Of a DNA stretch of 64,000 bases, positions 58,615 through 64,000 are shown piece after piece. A program made the position numbers and the translations under genes. The notes beneath the pieces were generated by a model, which was given only the letters and a program-made list of their open reading frames with translations, ran no database searches and had not been told where the DNA came from. Each line of letters begins with the position of its first letter. Positions within the stretch are counted from its first letter, which is position 1. The DNA comes from Oikopleura dioica (Eukaryota > Animalia > Chordata), in the NCBI GenBank assembly GCA_907165135.1, contig OU015569.1, positions 8,804,001 through 8,868,000 of the forward strand, given 5' to 3'.

Positions 58615-60746
58615 CACAATAAAACAAGAATATTGCCAAAACTTGACCGTTGCATTAGAATCTTAGAACAAACAAAACAAAACCAGCTTACTGAAAGCGT
58701 TAATGCCTTCACGAAGAATAAATGGTGAAGGTTAGGTTCTGGTTACTATGCAATCAAGGAAGTTTTTCTTCCTTGATTTTTAAGAGTCAGAAAAATGATT
58801 CGGATTCTCCTGTGAAGCAAATCATAGGACATAACGGTGATGATTGAGAATAAATAAGAGATTTGTCGCTATTTGTGCCATGGATGCGACTGGCAAACAA
58901 CACTTCCTATCCGGTCTTTGCTCTGCCATTTCGTCATTAAGCGGTCATCGAACTTTTTCTGGAAACGATTAAAGTTTCTCGTGTTGTTAAATTTGGCCTT
59001 CACAAACATTCTTTGTTTTGTCTTTTATTCCAGTCGGAAATGTGGACAAAAGCAAGAGAGGAATTGACTATCTCAACTTGAGAATCGCTAGATAAACTCA
59101 GGAAGTCTTTGCCATTCTTTCTCGATCGAGAAAAAAATATCACCTGACAAACACATATTCTCCTTCAGCGCTTTCATAAAAGAAGGAAAACCTGTTCAAG
59201 TATCCTTCTACTTGGCTAGACTGAGGTTAGAAGTTTATAAAGTTATCATCCGTAATTTAATTTCATATTCAAGTGTCGTTTCATGATTTTTGTGATCAGT
59301 CTTGCAAATATTTTTTTCAGAACGACATTTTTATGCCAGGTTAAGATTTACGGCTTCGGTCTGCATCTTTGTGTACATTATTGCAACATTTAGGATCGAT
59401 TGGAAAATTACGATTTCGAAAACTTCTGTAGAGTCGATACAGCGACATTATGTAATGAAACTGTTCCAGTTTCTATCTCTCTAAGTGCCAGCTGTCTATC
59501 CACGTAAGAAAGTATTTTCAGTACTCCCCGCACATCCGGAAGCTGGCGGCGAATCAGAAGACATTCGAGAGGCACACCCTCAGGCACGTGTCCTCTGGAA
59601 TGTGGCCCCGTAGAGATTCTATGGAGATTCAAATGAAGCCCTCGTGCGAAGGATGTCGTCAAAGGAGTAAGAAATCAGGCCGCTATTCGATCATGGATAC
59701 AGTAGCTGCGATATGTCTTCAATACAAATAATCCGTGGCTCCAATTCTACATTTTACATGCAAATTGAGATGAAGAAAATCAAGCTAATCCGGATAAAAA
59801 TAACGAGTTTCCCAAGAGTTTCAGGGTAACTTAATTGCTGTTGTGGAAAGGCCTAATAGATTAAGATAAGAAGCTAAAAATTCCTGGATCGTCGAAGAGA
59901 TCCGCTGAATATTAGAAATCGAATTTCAGCTGTGGAAGTGATCCGTATCAGATACCAGCAGCGTCATGGATAGCGTGACCGACACAGACCTCGTGAGGGA
60001 CCACTCAATCAAAGCGTGTTCATCCCTCTTTCCGATACTATTTTCGTCTTTCTTTCCAAAAATAAAACCATTCATCGGTCGGTTTTGAATCTCAACTTCC
60101 TCAAGCTCTATCTTTAGTATCAAACTTGACTTGTTATTCGTTTTTTGAATGGAAAAGAAACGCGAACTATAAAATACTCGTGATTTAAAAAAACTCGTGT
60201 ATCGCCTATCAAGTATCTAATTGATTTTGATTGTATCAATTCATTTTTGGCGTACTTTGAACAGAGAATACTGTATTTCTGACTCAAAAATCAGGATGGA
60301 AACGTCTTTCAAAGTCGTAAAATTTTATGTAACGCCCTTGTAATTGGAAGCACTTGGTTGCGGAGAAGACAAAAAATGCAGCTGGCGGGAAAGCTTCTCA
60401 TGATTTATTTTCAAATTTACGGCCTCATTTAAAAATTTCCATGCAAGAATCTAGCTGAACAAATGAAGTATATTATTGAAGAAAGATTTTAAATATGCGC
60501 CGTCTATTTTATATTTAGATTCAATAAAAAACTATCTTTTTTTGCTTGGATATCAAATAATCTTTCGATAAGGCCCACATTCAAATTTTGCTGAACGTCA
60601 GGGTAAGAGCATAAAAATAAGTGTGGTGCTTCACCGTTCATTTTAAACCTCTGTAGGTTCAAATGTAATCGATCTGACATAGAAACGGACACATTAGAAG
60701 AACGATCATGAGATTAAAACTGGAGTCACGAGTTTGCAAAAACTAT

Positions 60747-62321
60747 TTATTCAATCTTTCTTTTTGCCGCGGTGCTTCGATTCTGGCGGTAGTAGTTCAG
60801 TACAGTGTAGCAATACAGGATAAGAATGACAGTAGCAAAGTCGGACCAACTAATTTTTGCAAAGTAGCTCAAAAGTTTCGTTGTTTTTGAAACACCAATG
60901 ATGCCAGTCAAGTTGGCCAGCAAAATCAAGAAGTAGTTTACTCCTAGGAGCAGGCTTTTCAGTCTCCAACGATCAAATTCATCACCAAATGTCCGACCCA
61001 TGAGTGACTCAAGTTGAAGTCCTAGAAAATTAACAATTGCCCAGATTCCAACAGTCCAGCTCATTCCCTGCGAGAGCCATACGATGACAAATGTAAGCAT
61101 TGCACCGATTGTTTCGGAGATAAAGCCTTTGGATGCTCGTGGGTCGTATAAATATCTTTTTGGGGTTGTTTTGTTATGTAATTTTCTCTGATAATCCTTT
61201 ACCTGGAAACCCAAAAATGCAAGGTTCGATCAAAGTATGTGTCGGCAAAGGTCGAGATGGAACAGAGTACTGGAGGAAAGGCAGGTCCCTCGTGACCGTC
61301 GAATGCCATGATAGATTTGACAATTTCGTAAATAAAGAAACATTTGGCCCAGTCGAACACCACCAGAAGCACCATTAGTAAGACGACAGATGTTGGTGTC
61401 ATCTTAGCTAATTCCTCTGTCACGGAGAAGAGATAAATGTAGTGGAGACAGTAATCAAACAAAAACAACAACGAGAAGATCCAAGTTAACCTTAGAAAAG
61501 TCCACAGCATTTCCGAAAAGAAGTTTTTGAATTTTCTATCGTCGGCGGATTTGAACGAATCATAGGGAATAACCGGTCCAGAGATGAATGTTGGAAGGTA
61601 AAAAACATAGGAGAAGTAATCAATAGTGTCTTTCACTTTGAGTGCCTTCCGAGACTCAAAGCAAAAGCTATAGCACCGAAAAACAAGCATTACGACCATC
61701 GGCACAGCTAGAAATCCAAGCGTAGAATTAGTGCTAAAATTATGAAATTAACTAGCATAATTTATTTCTTACTTGAGCTGCTCAATTATATGGGGAAAGT
61801 AAAACGAGCCAAGGAGAACTGAAACGATCATAGCGAAGTTGACTGCTGCATCGGGAACAAGAGAATTTTGACATAGAATAAGAATAGGTAACAGAAGTGT
61901 CAAGACCAAATATTTCCAAGAGAATAAATAGCCAATTGATGCCAAAGAAATAAGCACTCTTATTATATCGTTCTCAAAGTAGTTCTTCACTCTTCGCAGC
62001 TTGTTGGTGATAAGACCAGAGAGACAAATGTAACTAGCAATAGCGACTGATGAATTCACAATTCCAAGTGCGCAGAAAGAGTCCCACTCATCATCACTTT
62101 TCAACGGGTCTTTTGATGTTTTAGAGATTTACTGCAAGAAATGTGTCGCGAGACCAGTGCCCATCTTTTTTTCTACTAACGTATTTCCATCCTTCTTTTA
62201 AATTGTCTTTTACACCTCTTGGGAGCCTCTGTCTCCGATGAATCGCTGATGAGCGGCTCTCAAGCTCATGGAGACCATGTGACACGTAATAGAACACCAC
62301 TACAGACAACTTAGTTAGCAT
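60747..62321 (-). CDS. HHAT: HHAT/HHATL-family MBOAT; catalytic His position reads Gln, multi-exon
   Basis: SDDEWDSF, SYVFYLPTFISGPVIPYDSF, YFDRTLHFW and TFVIVWLSQG...WAIVNFLGLQLE match HHAT/HHATL motifs. HHAT versus HHATL orthology is unresolved. Confidence 0.8.
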
Positions 62322-63007
62322 TAAATATCATTTAGCGTTATCGTCATTACAGATACAATTTCGAATAGACATTATCTTCGAATTCACACTTATTTACTGT
62401 TATAAAATAAGCGGAAAGGTAACTTACCTAAGCACGCTATGGAGAACTCTACTTTCCCGTGTCGCATTCTTTATTATTTTTCCTGTTTTCTTTTCTCTAT
62501 CTAGCTGTGGATCAGCAGCGGGGAGTAGGCCATTTGAGCAGTGCGGTAGTCGATAACGCACTATCGTGACCTTCAACTCGAGATCATAGTAAACTCAACA
62601 CTTAAAATGTCCACGCACTAATTTAGCCTACTGGTATACTCAGTACTAGACAGATGATATTTTTGTAGAAAAAGAGGAAGAGGAGATGTCTAACTCATTC
62701 ATTGGAGCATCATTTTATCATCTTCAAATATGATCAAGCCGAATTTTAAATAGTCTTCACATGCTTTCAATGTTACAATGTTTTCAGAAGTCTCTTATAT
62801 TTATTCTCGCGCGATAAAGATTTATACAGTAGGGTCGGCAATGCATCATATTGCAGTATCAATTCTGAGCTTTCATGAACTGAGGTTATTCCACCGGAAA
62901 GCGGCGGAGAGGCAAGACACGACCAAACATAAATACAAAACTCGTTTTCTGTCACACTCTTTCAGCTATAAAGATTATTTAGTTTCTCATTTAGATCAAA
63001 GTAAAAT

Positions 63008-64000
63008 TTACCTAGATGTACCTTCATTATTTTGGACGTCGACATTTATTTCTGGGGATTGAACTGGAGGAATAGAGTTGAATTCGGATGATAACGTATC
63101 AGTGTTGATATAGATTGGAACCTCAGATGCTTTGAAACGGGGCAGCTTGAGACCAAACTTGTGTTCGATACCGGCATAAGTAGCAGCGGCAACCTTCATG
63201 CCGCCGACATGATCTGGGTTGATTGGTGGCAAATCCGCTACGTGGATGGTCTTTGGCTTGTGAACGGAACCGATGGGCTTTGAGGACGAAAATGACATTC
63301 CTAAATTCATGATTCGTACATTACATTAGTCGTAAGAATTACCTCGTTCCTGGAAGAATCGCTGGAGCAATTCGTAGACGAAGAGAGTCACCGCAAACTG
63401 AGGAGGAGATCGAACCATTCTGAGACCTGCTCCTTTCCAGAGTGCGTTGAAACCTTCTTCTTTCCAGATTCGAGCACCTGTTCTTATTAAACCCTTGTAA
63501 GGCTCAACTCCTTCGGGTTGTTTAGCCTAAATGTATTGTTAGTTTTGGGATTTGACGATCATTCATACCTGAAGACGGGTTTTAATAACATCAGCAGGGG
63601 TAGTAAGACCAGCGGCGGGGAAACCAGCGAGGAAACCGGCCAAGAGCGCGTACTGGATTGGCAAGTGACCATCTTCTTCTGAAAGTGCCTTCTTCAAATG
63701 AGCATAAGCAGGAAAGTAGATTGCCGAGAAGGGAATATCTCGCAAAAGACAGGCAGAAGCACCAACGTAAAGCCTTTTCACGCCGACGTCTTTGAAGGTT
63801 CCAGCCAAACTGGCAGTCTTATCAAGCTGCATTCGGATTTTAATGATTTCAAGAGGGTTCGTAAAAAGAACTTGGCAACCTCCAGCAACACCACCGGCGA
63901 CAATTTCGAGAGGGACGGGAACGACATCGTCTTTTCGGAATAAATCTCGCATGAAATCGTTAACTGTGAGTTTGATGGCTTTTTCAGGACCAACGCCAAG
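63008..64000 (-). CDS. SLC25A12/13: Mitochondrial aspartate/glutamate carrier (aralar/citrin), 3' part
   Basis: [73 protein letters not shown] and [26 protein letters not shown]. Confidence 0.95.

Noticed and set aside
59160-59720. Possible plus-strand exons between the RGS and HHAT-like genes
   Set aside because: Splice-like sites exist, but I could not assemble a consistent frame or recognise a product.

Overview
Gene-dense eukaryotic DNA. Inference: an Oikopleura-like appendicularian tunicate, based on ~40-50 nt introns, GA-AG and GC-AG introns, tightly packed same-strand genes with acceptor AGs just before start codons, and a chordate-type classical cadherin. All gene models were built by hand from splice sites and reading phase, so exon edges are approximate. 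Left to right: Flightless-I (runs off the left edge); JAK, with an antisense ankyrin-repeat gene nested in one intron and an ~80-aa Tyr-rich insert in its pseudokinase; OST4 (40 aa, missed by the ORF track); a classical cadherin; a broken kinesin/Myb-like chimeric gene whose introns hold a MULE transposase ORF and a 769-bp TIR element; two low-complexity genes (one ending in CaaX); Spinster; a RING-like gene; a short CREB-family bZIP; TRPC4AP; an RS-rich gene with long introns; a Myb/SANT trihelix-type factor; a 606-bp fold-back MITE; tRNA-Ser(AGA); a templated-insertion-like scar copied from the HHAT-like gene; a RING gene; an RGS gene; an HHAT-like MBOAT lacking the catalytic His; and SLC25A12/13 (runs off the right edge). 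No prokaryotic features or CRISPR array.
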